Positions 47,369-56,946 of a stretch of 64,000 nucleotides of DNA are shown piece after piece. The notes beneath the pieces were generated by a model. That model was given only the letters and a program-made list of their open reading frames with translations, did no database searches and was not told the DNA's origin. Within the stretch, counting starts at the first letter, position 1, and each line of letters starts with the position of its first letter. The DNA is from Acidipila sp. (GTDB lineage: Bacteria; Acidobacteriota; Terriglobia; Acidiferrales; UBA7541): assembly GCA_010365215.1 (NCBI GenBank), contig JAAFGT010000023.1, forward strand, positions 30,613 to 94,612, read 5' to 3'. The position numbers were made by a program, and so were the translations under genes.

Positions 47369-48703
47369 ATGATCCCCGCCCTCCGCCAGGCCTTCAACCG
47401 CGAGTTCACCGCCGCGAAATACAGCGCCTTCCGGGAACACCTCGATCGCGCCTGCGGAACGCACATCACATTTCGAATTTGCGAGACACCCTGTTTTTTC
47501 CCGCGCGAGCTTCTCGATCGGGTTGTTTCCACCGGGCGCGACCTGATTCACCAGCTCGTTGGCAGCCCCGCGTATCGCGCCGCTTCTCAAAACTGCATTC
47601 CCGCGGGTTTCGCGGCGCCGAATGAATCCGCGCATCCGCTTTTCATCCAGGCGGATTTCGGGTTGGTGCGCGGCGCTAGCGGCGACCTGGAGCCGCGCCT
47701 GGTGGAAATTCAGGGATTCGCTTCGCTGTATGCGTTTCAGGCCGCGCTGGCCGGGGCTTATATTGAAAAATATGCGCTCGCTTCCGGGCTGCAGTTTCTG
47801 ATCGATTTCGAAACAGTGGAAGACTATCGCGCCGAGCTGCGCCGCGCTATCGTCGGGTCGCACGATCCAGAAAATGTCGTGCTATTGGAGATCGAGCCGC
47901 AACACCAAAAAACCCTTCCCGATTTTCTGCTTACCGAAAAGATGTTGGGTGTCCGCCCCGTCTGCGTCACTTCATTGCGAAGGGAAGGGAAGCGTCTCTT
48001 CTACCGGCGCGACGGCAAGCTGACGCCTATTGATCGCGTCTACAACCGAGTTATCGCCGACGAACTGATCCGCAAGCGCACCGCCATGCCGTTTCAGTAT
48101 GCCGACGATCTCGATCTCGAATGGGCCGGGCATCCCAACTGGTTTTTCCGCATCAGTAAATTCTCTCTCCCTTTTCTGCAAGGCCCCACCGTGCCGCACA
48201 GCTGGTTTCTAGATCAGCTCTTCGATTCGCTTGGCGGAGAGCGGCAGCGCAGCCTGCCCGCCGCCGTCATTCCGAGCGCAGCGAGGAATCCCTCCTCCCT
48301 TTCTGACGCGAGCGAACACGCGCGGAGCAAGGTCGCGCCGGAGCTGCCCGCGAAATTCGAAGACTGGCCTGCCCGCCTCGACGATTACGTTCTCAAGCCC
48401 TTGTACTCCTTCGCCGGTCTAGGTGTAATCGTTGGCCCAACGCGCGATGAATTGGCCGCGATTCCCGCCGCGCGCCGCCATGAATTTATTCTTCAGCGTC
48501 GCATGCGTTTCGAGCCGGTCATCGATACTCCCCGCGGCCCGACGCAGGCCGAGCTCCGCGTCATGTTCATCTGGCTCGATGAGTTGCGCGCTGGCCCTCT
48601 CATCGTGCGCATGGGACGCGGCAAGATGATGGGCGTGGACCACAATCGCGACCTCGAGTGGGTCGGCGCCTCTGCCGCGCTTTTCCCTTCGGCGAAAAGC
48701 TAG
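47369..48703 (+). CDS. Uncharacterised ATP-grasp-like amidoligase (glutathionylspermidine-synthase / circularly-permuted ATP-grasp-like)
   Basis: ATG 47369 lies 8 nt after the previous stop. HPNWFFRISKFSLPFL and DDYVLKPLYSFAGLGVIVGP resemble the GSP-synthase pre-ATP-grasp and ATP-grasp cores. It carries an in-frame copy of the dispersed repeat. Confidence 0.65.
   Translation: MIPALRQAFNREFTAAKYSAFREHLDRACGTHITFRICETPCFFPRELLDRVVSTGRDLIHQLVGSPAYRAASQNCIPAGFAAPNESAHPLFIQADFGLVRGASGDLEPRLVEIQGFASLYAFQAALAGAYIEKYALASGLQFLIDFETVEDYRAELRRAIVGSHDPENVVLLEIEPQHQKTLPDFLLTEKMLGVRPVCVTSLRREGKRLFYRRDGKLTPIDRVYNRVIADELIRKRTAMPFQYADDLDLEWAGHPNWFFRISKFSLPFLQGPTVPHSWFLDQLFDSLGGERQRSLPAAVIPSAARNPSSLSDASEHARSKVAPELPAKFEDWPARLDDYVLKPLYSFAGLGVIVGPTRDELAAIPAARRHEFILQRRMRFEPVIDTPRGPTQAELRVMFIWLDELRAGPLIVRMGRGKMMGVDHNRDLEWVGASAALFPSAKS
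48263..48294 (+). repeat. Dispersed 32-bp repeat, copy B (inside a CDS, in frame)
   Basis: GCCGTCATTCCGAGCGCAGCGAGGAATCCCTC is identical to copy C. It is translated as AVIPSAARNPS within the 47369-48703 ORF. Confidence 0.7.
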
Positions 48704-48768
48704 CCGATTTTGACCCTCGCCCGGTATCGTTTACTATGGAACTTCATTCCTTCGGAGAATTCGCGATC

Positions 48769-49926
48769 ATGAGCGGTTTTTATCCCAAGCAACCTGGCGT
48801 TCGCACGTCGCGCGGGCTTCGTGGTGTAGTCCCCGCGACTATTTGCGCGCTTAGTCTGGCGCTGATTGCCGGGGGCTGTGGGAAAAAGGAAGCCACGGCA
48901 AGTCACGAAGCACCCGCCGTCGCGGTGCAGACCATGGTCGTCGCACCTGTCGCGATTGCTGATTCCTCCGAGTACCTGGCCACGTTGAAATCCCGCCACT
49001 CCACAGCGTTAAATCCGCAGGTCGAAGGGCAAGTGACCCATGTTTTTGTGAAGTCCGGCGACCGTGTAGCGGCTGGCGAGCCGATTATGCAGATTGATCC
49101 GCTCAAGCAGCAAGCCCAGGTGATGAGCCAGGAAGCCCCGCATGCCGCCCAGAGCTCGAATGTCGACTTGGCCAAAATCCAGGCGGAACGCGCCAAGAAG
49201 CTTTTTGACGCCGGCGTAATCAGCAAGCAGGATTACGACCAGGCGCAGACCAACCTCAACACCGCGCAGCAGCAAAACAGATCGCTCGACGCCCAGGTCC
49301 GCGAACAACAGGTGCAGCTCCGTTATTACCGCGTGACCGCCCCGACCGCCGGCGTGGTTGGCGATGTCCCCGTGCGCGTCGGCGACCGTGTGACCGTTTC
49401 GACCCTGCTGACGACGATCGACCAGGCCGGAAGCCTCGAGCTTTATATCAACGTGCCCGTCGAGCGCTCCAAGGATCTGAACTTAGGACAAACCGTAAAT
49501 GTGCTCGATGGCAATGGAGCCGTCGCCGCGGAAAGCCGCATCGATTTTATTTCTCCCGAAGTGGATAGCAGCTCTCAATCGATTCTGGTGAAAGCGACGG
49601 TAAGAAATAGTTCCGGCGCTTTGCGTAATGCCCAGTTCACGCGCGCGCGGATTATCTGGGGAGTGCGTAAAGGGCCGGCTCTTCCCGTGCTGGCGGTCTC
49701 GCGCATCAACGGGCAGTTCTTCGTTTTCGTGGTGGAAGGCAGCGGCAAGTCTCTGGTGGCGCGCCAGCGCATCTTGCGCCTCGGAGAATTGACCAACAAT
49801 CTCTACCCCGTTCTCGATGGACTGAAATTGGGCGACCGCGTTGTGGTCCAGGGCGCGCAGAACCTGACTGACGGTGACAAGGTTACCGAGCCTGGGCAGG
49901 ACTCCAACGGAAAGCCTTCGTCGTGA
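48769..49926 (+). CDS. RND efflux periplasmic adaptor (membrane fusion protein), lipoprotein
   Basis: Has the lipobox LIAGGCG, a coiled-coil hairpin region (QAERAKKLFDAGVISKQDYDQAQTNL) and beta-barrel domains. Start is ATG 48769, or 48736. Confidence 0.85.
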   Translation: MSGFYPKQPGVRTSRGLRGVVPATICALSLALIAGGCGKKEATASHEAPAVAVQTMVVAPVAIADSSEYLATLKSRHSTALNPQVEGQVTHVFVKSGDRVAAGEPIMQIDPLKQQAQVMSQEAPHAAQSSNVDLAKIQAERAKKLFDAGVISKQDYDQAQTNLNTAQQQNRSLDAQVREQQVQLRYYRVTAPTAGVVGDVPVRVGDRVTVSTLLTTIDQAGSLELYINVPVERSKDLNLGQTVNVLDGNGAVAAESRIDFISPEVDSSSQSILVKATVRNSSGALRNAQFTRARIIWGVRKGPALPVLAVSRINGQFFVFVVEGSGKSLVARQRILRLGELTNNLYPVLDGLKLGDRVVVQGAQNLTDGDKVTEPGQDSNGKPSS

Positions 49927-49971
49927 TTTCCCTGTTCATCTCCCGCGGCTGTCGGCGAACCTGAGGGCAAT

Positions 49972-52900
49972 ATGTTTGTAGATTTTTTTATCCGGCGCCC
50001 AATCTTCGCCACGGTCTGCGCGCTGCTAATCATCCTTGCCGGCGCGATCGCCATTCCCAGCCTGCCCGTTGCGCAATTCCCCACGTTGGCGCCGCCGCAG
50101 GTCATCGTATCCAGTTTTTTCAACGGCGCCAATGCGCAGGCCGTAGAGACCTCGGTCACTACGCCGATCGAACAGCAGATCAACGGCGTCGAAGGAATGA
50201 AGTACATGAACTCGACCAGCGGCAACGATGGGTCGAGCAATATCACGGTAACCTTCGACGTCAACCGGGACATCAACCTCGCCGCTGTCGACGTGCAGAA
50301 CCGCGTGAACGCCGCGCTGGGCAGGATGCCCAACGAAGTCAAGACCACCGGCATCACCATCACCAAATCCGCCAGCGGTTTCGTCTTTGGAGCTGGCTTC
50401 TATGCCGAGCACAGTGAATACGACAGCCTTTTTCTCAGCAATTATATGGACCGCTACGTTCGCGACGCCATCAAGCGCGTGCCCGGTGTCGCCGATGTCA
50501 TTATTTTTGGGGAACGAAAATACTCCATGCGCCTGTGGCTTGATCCTGTGCGCATGGCTGCTCGCGGCCTGACTGCCACCGATGTTTTGGCGGCCTTGCA
50601 GGAACAAAACGTGCAAGTCGCCGCCGGGCAACTTGGTCAACCTCCCTCGCCGACCGGGCAGACGGTGCAGATCAGTGTCCGCGCCGTCGGTCGCCTGGTG
50701 GAACCCGCGCAATTTGAAAATATTATTTTGAAAAGCGGCTCCGACGGCAACCTTGTTCGTGTCCGCGACGTCGGCCGTGCGGAACTGGGCGCAGAGGATT
50801 ACGGATCGGTCCTCCGGTTCGATGGACGCGACGCCGTTGGCCTGGGCGTCACGCAATTGCCGAGCGCAAACGCTTTGGCTGTCGACCGTGCCGCGAAAGC
50901 CGAATTAGCACGCCTCTCCAAGCACTTTCCTCCCGGCATGAAATATGCCGTGGCGTTCGACACCACTACCGTCGTCGACGAATCCATCCGTGATGTTTTG
51001 TACACCCTGCTCGAAGCCATTTTTCTGGTCATCCTGGTAATTTTTATTTTCCTGCAGGACTGGCGAAGCACACTCATTCCTGCCATCACCATTCCGGTAT
51101 CGCTGATCGGCACTTTCGCGTTTGTCAAAATGCTGGGTTTTTCGATAAACACACTCACCCTGTTTGGCCTCACGCTGGCCACCGGTCTGGTAGTGGACGA
51201 CGCAATCGTGGTCGTCGAGAACGTGCAGCGCCACATCACCGAGGGAATTTCCGAACCGCACAATGCCGCTTCCGCGGCCATGAAAGAAGTGGCCAGCGCC
51301 GTCGTGGCCACGTCCCTGGTCCTGGTTGCGGTATTTGTCCCGGTAGCTTTTTTCCCGGGCACTACCGGCATACTCTTTAGGCAGTTCGCGCTCACCATCG
51401 CGTTTTCCGTTTCCATTTCCGCTTTCAACGCGCTTACTCTCACGCCGGCTCTCTCCGCTATCTTCCTGGGTCATACCCACACAAAAGAGGGCCGCCTTTT
51501 CGGTGCCTTCAACCGCGGCTTGAACGCTTTCGGTTCCGGATATCAGCGCACTCTGCGCCGCGTGCTGCAGTACAGGGTGGTGGCCATTCTGTTTTTTGCC
51601 GCGGGCCTGGGATTGACGTGGTGGGTCTACCAGCATGTGCCACGCGGTTTTATTCCTGCGGAAGATGCCGGCTATTTTATTGTCGCCGTGCAGGCGCCCG
51701 AAGGCGCGTCCCTCGAATACACGACGAAGATGTGCGGCCAGGTGGAAGGCACTCTAAGCAAAATCCCCGAAGTGCTGGGTGTGTTTACGATCGCCGGATT
51801 TAGTTTCGGCGGCAGCGCGCCGAATCGCGCCATTATCTTTGTGCCCTTGAAAGGTTTCGCCGACCGCCCAGGTGAAGCGCATTCCACCGACGCGATCATC
51901 AATCGCGTTCGCGAACCGCTATCCTCCATTTCCGGCGCTGTCATTGCTCCCTTTCCTCCTCCAGCCGTCGAGGGCCTTGGACAGTTCGGCGGTTTTCAAT
52001 TCATGCTCGAAGATCTTACCGGCGGCCCGATCCAAAATCTGGCCACAGCCACGCAGAAAATCGTAGCGCAAGGAAACAGCAGCCGTGATTTGAGCGGGTT
52101 GTTCACCAGCTTCAGCGCAAACGACCCGCAATACCTGGTGACCTTCGACCGCGAAAAGGCTAAGGGACTTCAGGTGCCGCTCAGCCAGATCACCGACGCG
52201 CTCCAGGTGTTTATGGGCTCGGTCTACGTTAACGATTTCGATTTCAACAATCGCTCGTACCGCGTCTACGTGCAGGCCGACAAGCAGTTTCGTTCGCAGC
52301 CCCGCGATATCCGCCAGTATTACGCGCGTTCCAATCAGGGCGCGATGATTCCATTGGAAAATCTGGTCAGCGTGCAGCAAATGGCTTCCCCGCAGGTCAT
52401 TACCCATTACAACCTATTTCGCTCCGCGGAAATTGACGGCTCCGCGGCCCCGGGGCACAGCTCCGGCGAAGGTATTGCCGCCATGGACGCGCTGGCCGCG
52501 AAAACTCTGCCCCCGGGGTTTGCCTACGAGTGGACCGGCCTCTCTTTAGAAGAGCTGCGGTCGGGCAGCCAGGCCTTGCTGCTGTTCGGCCTCGGACTGC
52601 TCATTGTCTATCTGACGCTCGCCGCGCAGTACGAAAGCTTCGCGCTGCCATTCATTGTTCTGCTTGCGGTTCCCATGGCCATTCTTGGCGCTATCGGCGC
52701 TCAGGCCCTTCGCGGGCAGGACAACGACGTCTACTGCCAAATCGGCTTGGTTATGCTGATCGGCCTTTCCAGTAAAAATGCCATCTTGATCGTGGAATTT
52801 GCCGAACAGCTTCGCGAAAAGGGAATGTCGATTGTCGACGCCGCCATCGAAGCCGCGCGCATCCGCTTACGGCCGATTCTGATGACCTCGCTGGCTTTCA

Positions 52901-53100
52901 TCCTCGGCGTTTTGCCGCTGGTGCTGGCGCAAGGCGCCGGCCGCATCAGCCGGAGGTCCGTCGGCACCACTGTTTTTGGCGGTATGATCGCTTCGACCTT
53001 CCTCAACCTGGTATTCATCCCCGTGCTCTACGTGTTGGTGAGATCGTTGCAACGTCACGGCAAAAGAGAGGCGCCGTCCGCTGCAGTTCCGGCGCAGTAA
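49972..53100 (+). CDS. RND efflux transporter permease (AcrB/HAE1-like)
   Basis: 1042 aa. Has MFVDFFIRRPIFATV at the start, 12 TM helices with two large periplasmic loops, and VVDDAIVVVEN. Confidence 0.95.
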   Translation: MFVDFFIRRPIFATVCALLIILAGAIAIPSLPVAQFPTLAPPQVIVSSFFNGANAQAVETSVTTPIEQQINGVEGMKYMNSTSGNDGSSNITVTFDVNRDINLAAVDVQNRVNAALGRMPNEVKTTGITITKSASGFVFGAGFYAEHSEYDSLFLSNYMDRYVRDAIKRVPGVADVIIFGERKYSMRLWLDPVRMAARGLTATDVLAALQEQNVQVAAGQLGQPPSPTGQTVQISVRAVGRLVEPAQFENIILKSGSDGNLVRVRDVGRAELGAEDYGSVLRFDGRDAVGLGVTQLPSANALAVDRAAKAELARLSKHFPPGMKYAVAFDTTTVVDESIRDVLYTLLEAIFLVILVIFIFLQDWRSTLIPAITIPVSLIGTFAFVKMLGFSINTLTLFGLTLATGLVVDDAIVVVENVQRHITEGISEPHNAASAAMKEVASAVVATSLVLVAVFVPVAFFPGTTGILFRQFALTIAFSVSISAFNALTLTPALSAIFLGHTHTKEGRLFGAFNRGLNAFGSGYQRTLRRVLQYRVVAILFFAAGLGLTWWVYQHVPRGFIPAEDAGYFIVAVQAPEGASLEYTTKMCGQVEGTLSKIPEVLGVFTIAGFSFGGSAPNRAIIFVPLKGFADRPGEAHSTDAIINRVREPLSSISGAVIAPFPPPAVEGLGQFGGFQFMLEDLTGGPIQNLATATQKIVAQGNSSRDLSGLFTSFSANDPQYLVTFDREKAKGLQVPLSQITDALQVFMGSVYVNDFDFNNRSYRVYVQADKQFRSQPRDIRQYYARSNQGAMIPLENLVSVQQMASPQVITHYNLFRSAEIDGSAAPGHSSGEGIAAMDALAAKTLPPGFAYEWTGLSLEELRSGSQALLLFGLGLLIVYLTLAAQYESFALPFIVLLAVPMAILGAIGAQALRGQDNDVYCQIGLVMLIGLSSKNAILIVEFAEQLREKGMSIVDAAIEAARIRLRPILMTSLAFILGVLPLVLAQGAGRISRRSVGTTVFGGMIASTFLNLVFIPVLYVLVRSLQRHGKREAPSAAVPAQ

Positions 53101-53249
53101 TGCCAGTACGGCCGGAAACGTCTCGCCGCAGTCTGCCCGGCGGCGCGAACCCGGCGAACACCTCGACGAGATAATCGGCCAAGTTGCTTTCCGCACGCAC
53201 GAGAGTCAGACTGGATGGCAAAAGTTCCCGTAGCCCGAGAGGTGATACC

Positions 53250-54428
53250 GTGCGTGATGCCGTGATCGTCAGTTCCGTCCGCACCGCCGTGGGCAAGGCG
53301 TACAAAGGCGCGCTGCGCGCCGTGCGCCCTGACGATCTTGCTGCCATCGCTATCCGCGGAGCCCTGGCTCGCGTTCCCGCGCTCGACTCCAAAGAAATTG
53401 AAGACGTGATCCTGGGCTGCGCCATGCCGGAAGCCGAGCAGGGCATGAACGTCGCGCGCATCGCCTCGCTGCGCGCAGGTCTGCCCGTCGAAGTCTCGGC
53501 CATGACCGTGAATCGCTTCTGCTCTTCAGGCCTCCAGGCCATTGCCATGGCCGCCGACCGCATCATGCTCGGGCAGTCCGAAGTCATAGTCGCGGGTGGC
53601 ACCGAATCCATGAGCATGGTCCCCATGGGCGGGAACAAGATCTCACCGAATCCCTCGCTGATGGATAGTTATCCCGATGCTTATCTGAGCATGGGGCTGA
53701 CCGCGGAAAATCTGGCCCGCAAGCACGCCATTACGCGCGAGCAGGCCGACGCTTTCTCGCTTTCGAGTCACCAGAAAGCGCTGGCCGCCATTGCTGCGGG
53801 GAAATTCCAGGAAGAAGTTGTACCCGTCGAGGCCGCTATCACGGCAATCAGCAACGGCAAGCCAAAAACCTCGTCGCTAGTATTCCAAATCGATGAGGGA
53901 CCTCGCGCGGACACTACGATGGAAGCGCTGGCCAAGCTCAAACCCGCATTTCATGCGCGCGGCGCGGTCACCGCGGGAAACAGTTCGCAGATGAGCGACG
54001 GCGCCGCCGCTGCGGTGGTGATGAGCGCTGATCGCGCCAAGGCGCTTGGCCTCAAACCACTTGCCCGCTTCGTCGCATTCGCTACCGCCGGTTGCCCGCC
54101 CGAAGAGATGGGAATTGGCCCGGTATTTGCGATTCCCAAAGCGCTAAAACTGGCCGGGCTGACTCTGCAGGACATCGATGTGATCGAGCTGAACGAAGCG
54201 TTCGCCGCGCAGGCGCTCACCGTGATCAAGCTCGCGGGTCTCGACCCGGGGAAAGTGAATCCCAACGGCGGAGCTGTGGCGTTAGGGCACCCGCTCGGCT
54301 GTACCGGTGCGAAACTTACCGCCTCGATCCTGCGCGAACTTAAACGCCGCAACGGCCGCTACGGCCTGGTGACCATGTGCGTCGGTGGCGGCATGGGCGC
54401 CGCAGGCATCCTCGAGCTTCTCTCGTAG
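53250..54428 (+). CDS. fadA: Acetyl-CoA C-acyltransferase (thiolase)
   Basis: GTG 53250 follows GAGAGG. Has [11 protein letters not shown] (active Cys), [16 protein letters not shown] and CVGGGMG. Confidence 0.9.
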   Translation: MRDAVIVSSVRTAVGKAYKGALRAVRPDDLAAIAIRGALARVPALDSKEIEDVILGCAMPEAEQGMNVARIASLRAGLPVEVSAMTVNRFCSSGLQAIAMAADRIMLGQSEVIVAGGTESMSMVPMGGNKISPNPSLMDSYPDAYLSMGLTAENLARKHAITREQADAFSLSSHQKALAAIAAGKFQEEVVPVEAAITAISNGKPKTSSLVFQIDEGPRADTTMEALAKLKPAFHARGAVTAGNSSQMSDGAAAAVVMSADRAKALGLKPLARFVAFATAGCPPEEMGIGPVFAIPKALKLAGLTLQDIDVIELNEAFAAQALTVIKLAGLDPGKVNPNGGAVALGHPLGCTGAKLTASILRELKRRNGRYGLVTMCVGGGMGAAGILELLS

Positions 54429-54561
54429 AGATGCTGGATTCATCCGGCCTCGCTTTTCTTTCCACCGCATCATACAATCTGTTTACTTTTCGCTCTCTCC
54501 GGTGCTGCACTTGCAAAGATCACCCGGAGAGGTTGCGAGCGTTACATCGAGAGGCGTAGCG

Positions 54562-56361
54562 ATGGCTACTACAACGGTTACTCCCTTTGCGGCGAGAGGC
54601 GGAAGCTTTCTGGTGGAGTCGGTTCGTGCCGAAGAGATTTTCGGTCCTGCCGATTTGACCGATGATCAGAAGCTGATCGGCCAGACCGCCGAAGAGTTCG
54701 TCGCTAAGGACGTTATGCCGCTGGTGGCCGAACTCGAAGTGCACAAGGAAGGGCTGATGGCCAGCCTTATGAAAAAGGCTGGCGCTATCGGCCTGCTGGG
54801 AGGAGCCATCCCGGAGGAATACGGTGGTGCGGGGCTCGATAAAGTTTCCTCCACAGTACTTGCCGAGAAACTTGCCGGATACGGTTCCTTTGGAGTTTCG
54901 CACGGCGGTAATTCGGGTATCGGCACCATTCCGCTGGTTTATTTTGGAACTGAAGAGCAGAAGAAAAAATACCTGCCCAAGATCGCTAGCGGCGAATGGC
55001 TGTCGAGCTACTGTCTTTCCGAGCCGCAGGCGGGCTCGGATTCGCTGGCTTCCCGCACCCGGGCCGAGCTTACTGCGGACGGTAAAAGCTGGGTTCTGAA
55101 CGGACAGAAGATGTGGATTACCAACGGCGGATTTGCCGACGTCTACATCGTTTTCGCCAAGGTCGACGGAGAAAAATTCTCCTGCTTCATCGTCGAGCGC
55201 ACCACGCCCGGTTTCTCGGTAGGCGCGGAAGAAAAAAAGATGGGCATCAAGGGCAGCTCCACGGTGCCGATCTTTTTCGAAAACGCCAAGATCCCTCGCG
55301 AAAACCTGCTGCATGAGATTGGTCGCGGCCACATCGTGGCTTTTAATACCCTCAACGTCGGCCGCTTCAGTCTGGGCGCGTATTGCTTGGGTGGCGCGAA
55401 AAAAGTTCTGGAAATTTCGTCGAAATATGCGAAGGAGCGCACCGCTTTTGGGAAATCGCTGAGCGAGTTCGGCCTGATCCGCGAAAAACTGGCGGAGATG
55501 GCCATCCGCTTGTTCGCCACCGAGAGCATGATCTATCGTTCGGCGGGCATGATGGACGCCGGCGTGGCTGCCGCGGGTAGCGGAGCGGATCGCACCCAGC
55601 ATCTGATGAAGGTGCTCGAGGAATACGCCATCGAAAGCTCCATCTGCAAGGTGTACGGCAGCGAAGTGCTGGACTTCGTTGTGGACGAGGCCGTACAGAT
55701 TTTCGGCGGCTACGGTTTTCACGAAGACTATCCCGTGGCCCGCGCCTACCGCGACAGTCGCGTCAACCGTATCTTCGAAGGCACCAACGAAATCAATCGC
55801 TTGCTGATTGTGCAGATGCTGATGAAGCGGGCCATGGCCGGCGTGCTGCCGCTGATTCCGGCGGCCATGAAATTAATGGACGAGCTTTTAGCGGGACCGC
55901 AGCCTGCAGAAGCATCTACCGATCGTTTTGCGCAAGAAGATCAGCTGGTGGCCAATGCGAAGAAGAGCTTCCTGCTGGCCGCCGGAGCCGCTGTGCAGAA
56001 GTATCGCGAACACCTCGCCGAGCAGCAGGAAATCGTTGCGGCGCTGGCCAACGTGGCCATCGAAGTTTACGCCATGGAGTCTTCGCTGCGGCGCTTGCAG
56101 AAGTCTGCTACAAGGTTGAGCGAATCCTCTTCCGCCGTCATGGCCGCTGCGGTGCGCGCCCTTCTGGACGATGCCGCCGACCGTGTGGAGAAGGAAGCAC
56201 GCCGCGCTCTCGCTTCAGTCTCTGAGGGGGATACGCTGCGTACCCAACTCATGGCGCTCAAGAGGTTCAGCAAACGCGACGCAGTGGACTCCATCGGCCT
56301 GCGCCGCCAGGTAGCAGAAGCGGTGCTGGCGGGCGACCGCTATCCGTTTGAATGCAAATAG
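54562..56361 (+). CDS. fadE: Long-form acyl-CoA dehydrogenase (about 600 aa, FadE/YusJ-like)
   Basis: ATG 54562 follows GAGAGG. The ACAD core has CLSEPQAGSD, WITNGG and QIFGGYGF, with an extra C-terminal helical domain. Confidence 0.9.
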   Translation: MATTTVTPFAARGGSFLVESVRAEEIFGPADLTDDQKLIGQTAEEFVAKDVMPLVAELEVHKEGLMASLMKKAGAIGLLGGAIPEEYGGAGLDKVSSTVLAEKLAGYGSFGVSHGGNSGIGTIPLVYFGTEEQKKKYLPKIASGEWLSSYCLSEPQAGSDSLASRTRAELTADGKSWVLNGQKMWITNGGFADVYIVFAKVDGEKFSCFIVERTTPGFSVGAEEKKMGIKGSSTVPIFFENAKIPRENLLHEIGRGHIVAFNTLNVGRFSLGAYCLGGAKKVLEISSKYAKERTAFGKSLSEFGLIREKLAEMAIRLFATESMIYRSAGMMDAGVAAAGSGADRTQHLMKVLEEYAIESSICKVYGSEVLDFVVDEAVQIFGGYGFHEDYPVARAYRDSRVNRIFEGTNEINRLLIVQMLMKRAMAGVLPLIPAAMKLMDELLAGPQPAEASTDRFAQEDQLVANAKKSFLLAAGAAVQKYREHLAEQQEIVAALANVAIEVYAMESSLRRLQKSATRLSESSSAVMAAAVRALLDDAADRVEKEARRALASVSEGDTLRTQLMALKRFSKRDAVDSIGLRRQVAEAVLAGDRYPFECK

Positions 56362-56431
56362 CCCGAACGTTTATGTTCGCAATTGGAATTGCTGCCCCAC
56401 TTTAGTCGCTTTCTTTTCCGTCTTTTTTAGT

Positions 56432-56465
56432 AAAGGCACGGCATCCCGTGCCCTTCCTGGTTTTT
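56432..56465 (+). terminator. Rho-independent terminator candidate after fadE
   Basis: GGCACGG (56435-56441), loop CATC, then CCGTGCC (56446-56452). The stem can be extended by flanking A/T pairs. A T5 run follows at 56461-56465. Confidence 0.5.
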
Positions 56466-56655
56466 GATCCCCGACCCACGCGCCCACCGGACAGGTAAAT
56501 CATGCACAAAGTTACCATTTTAGGAAAAACCCATTCCACTCAACCCAGTCGGGAATCTAACGACCTGCGGTTCTCGCCTTCTTCTCAAACAGTTGCAGGG
56601 TGCGCGGCTTGGCCCCTGGTGTGCTTCTAATCAACCAGAGGAGCCAATTAGGATC

Positions 56656-56946
56656 ATGCGCAGTCGGACTCAAAAATGGATGTTTTGGATTCTCGCGGCC
56701 GGAGCTGCTTTCCAAATTTACGTTGTGCGTGAATGGCTCGCGGCGTTGCTGCTATTTGGTGTAGTTTTTGCCGTGCTTGCCGTTTTTGTGGCCGCTGCCC
56801 TGGTTATCGATGCTGCGACGCGAGGCGTCAGCGCCACCTTCGCTGCAAGCCCGCTGCCAGGGCAGTCGCTCATGGCTAAGGCGCAGATCATTCACTGGAA
56901 GACCACGTTCGAGAAAGCCTTTCTTGCGGATTCCAATCCTCAGTAG
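56656..56946 (+). CDS. Hypothetical small membrane protein
   Basis: 96 aa with two hydrophobic helices (WMFWILAAGAAFQIYV and LLLFGVVFAVLAVFVAAALVI). No family recognised. Confidence 0.35.
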   Translation: MRSRTQKWMFWILAAGAAFQIYVVREWLAALLLFGVVFAVLAVFVAAALVIDAATRGVSATFAASPLPGQSLMAKAQIIHWKTTFEKAFLADSNPQ

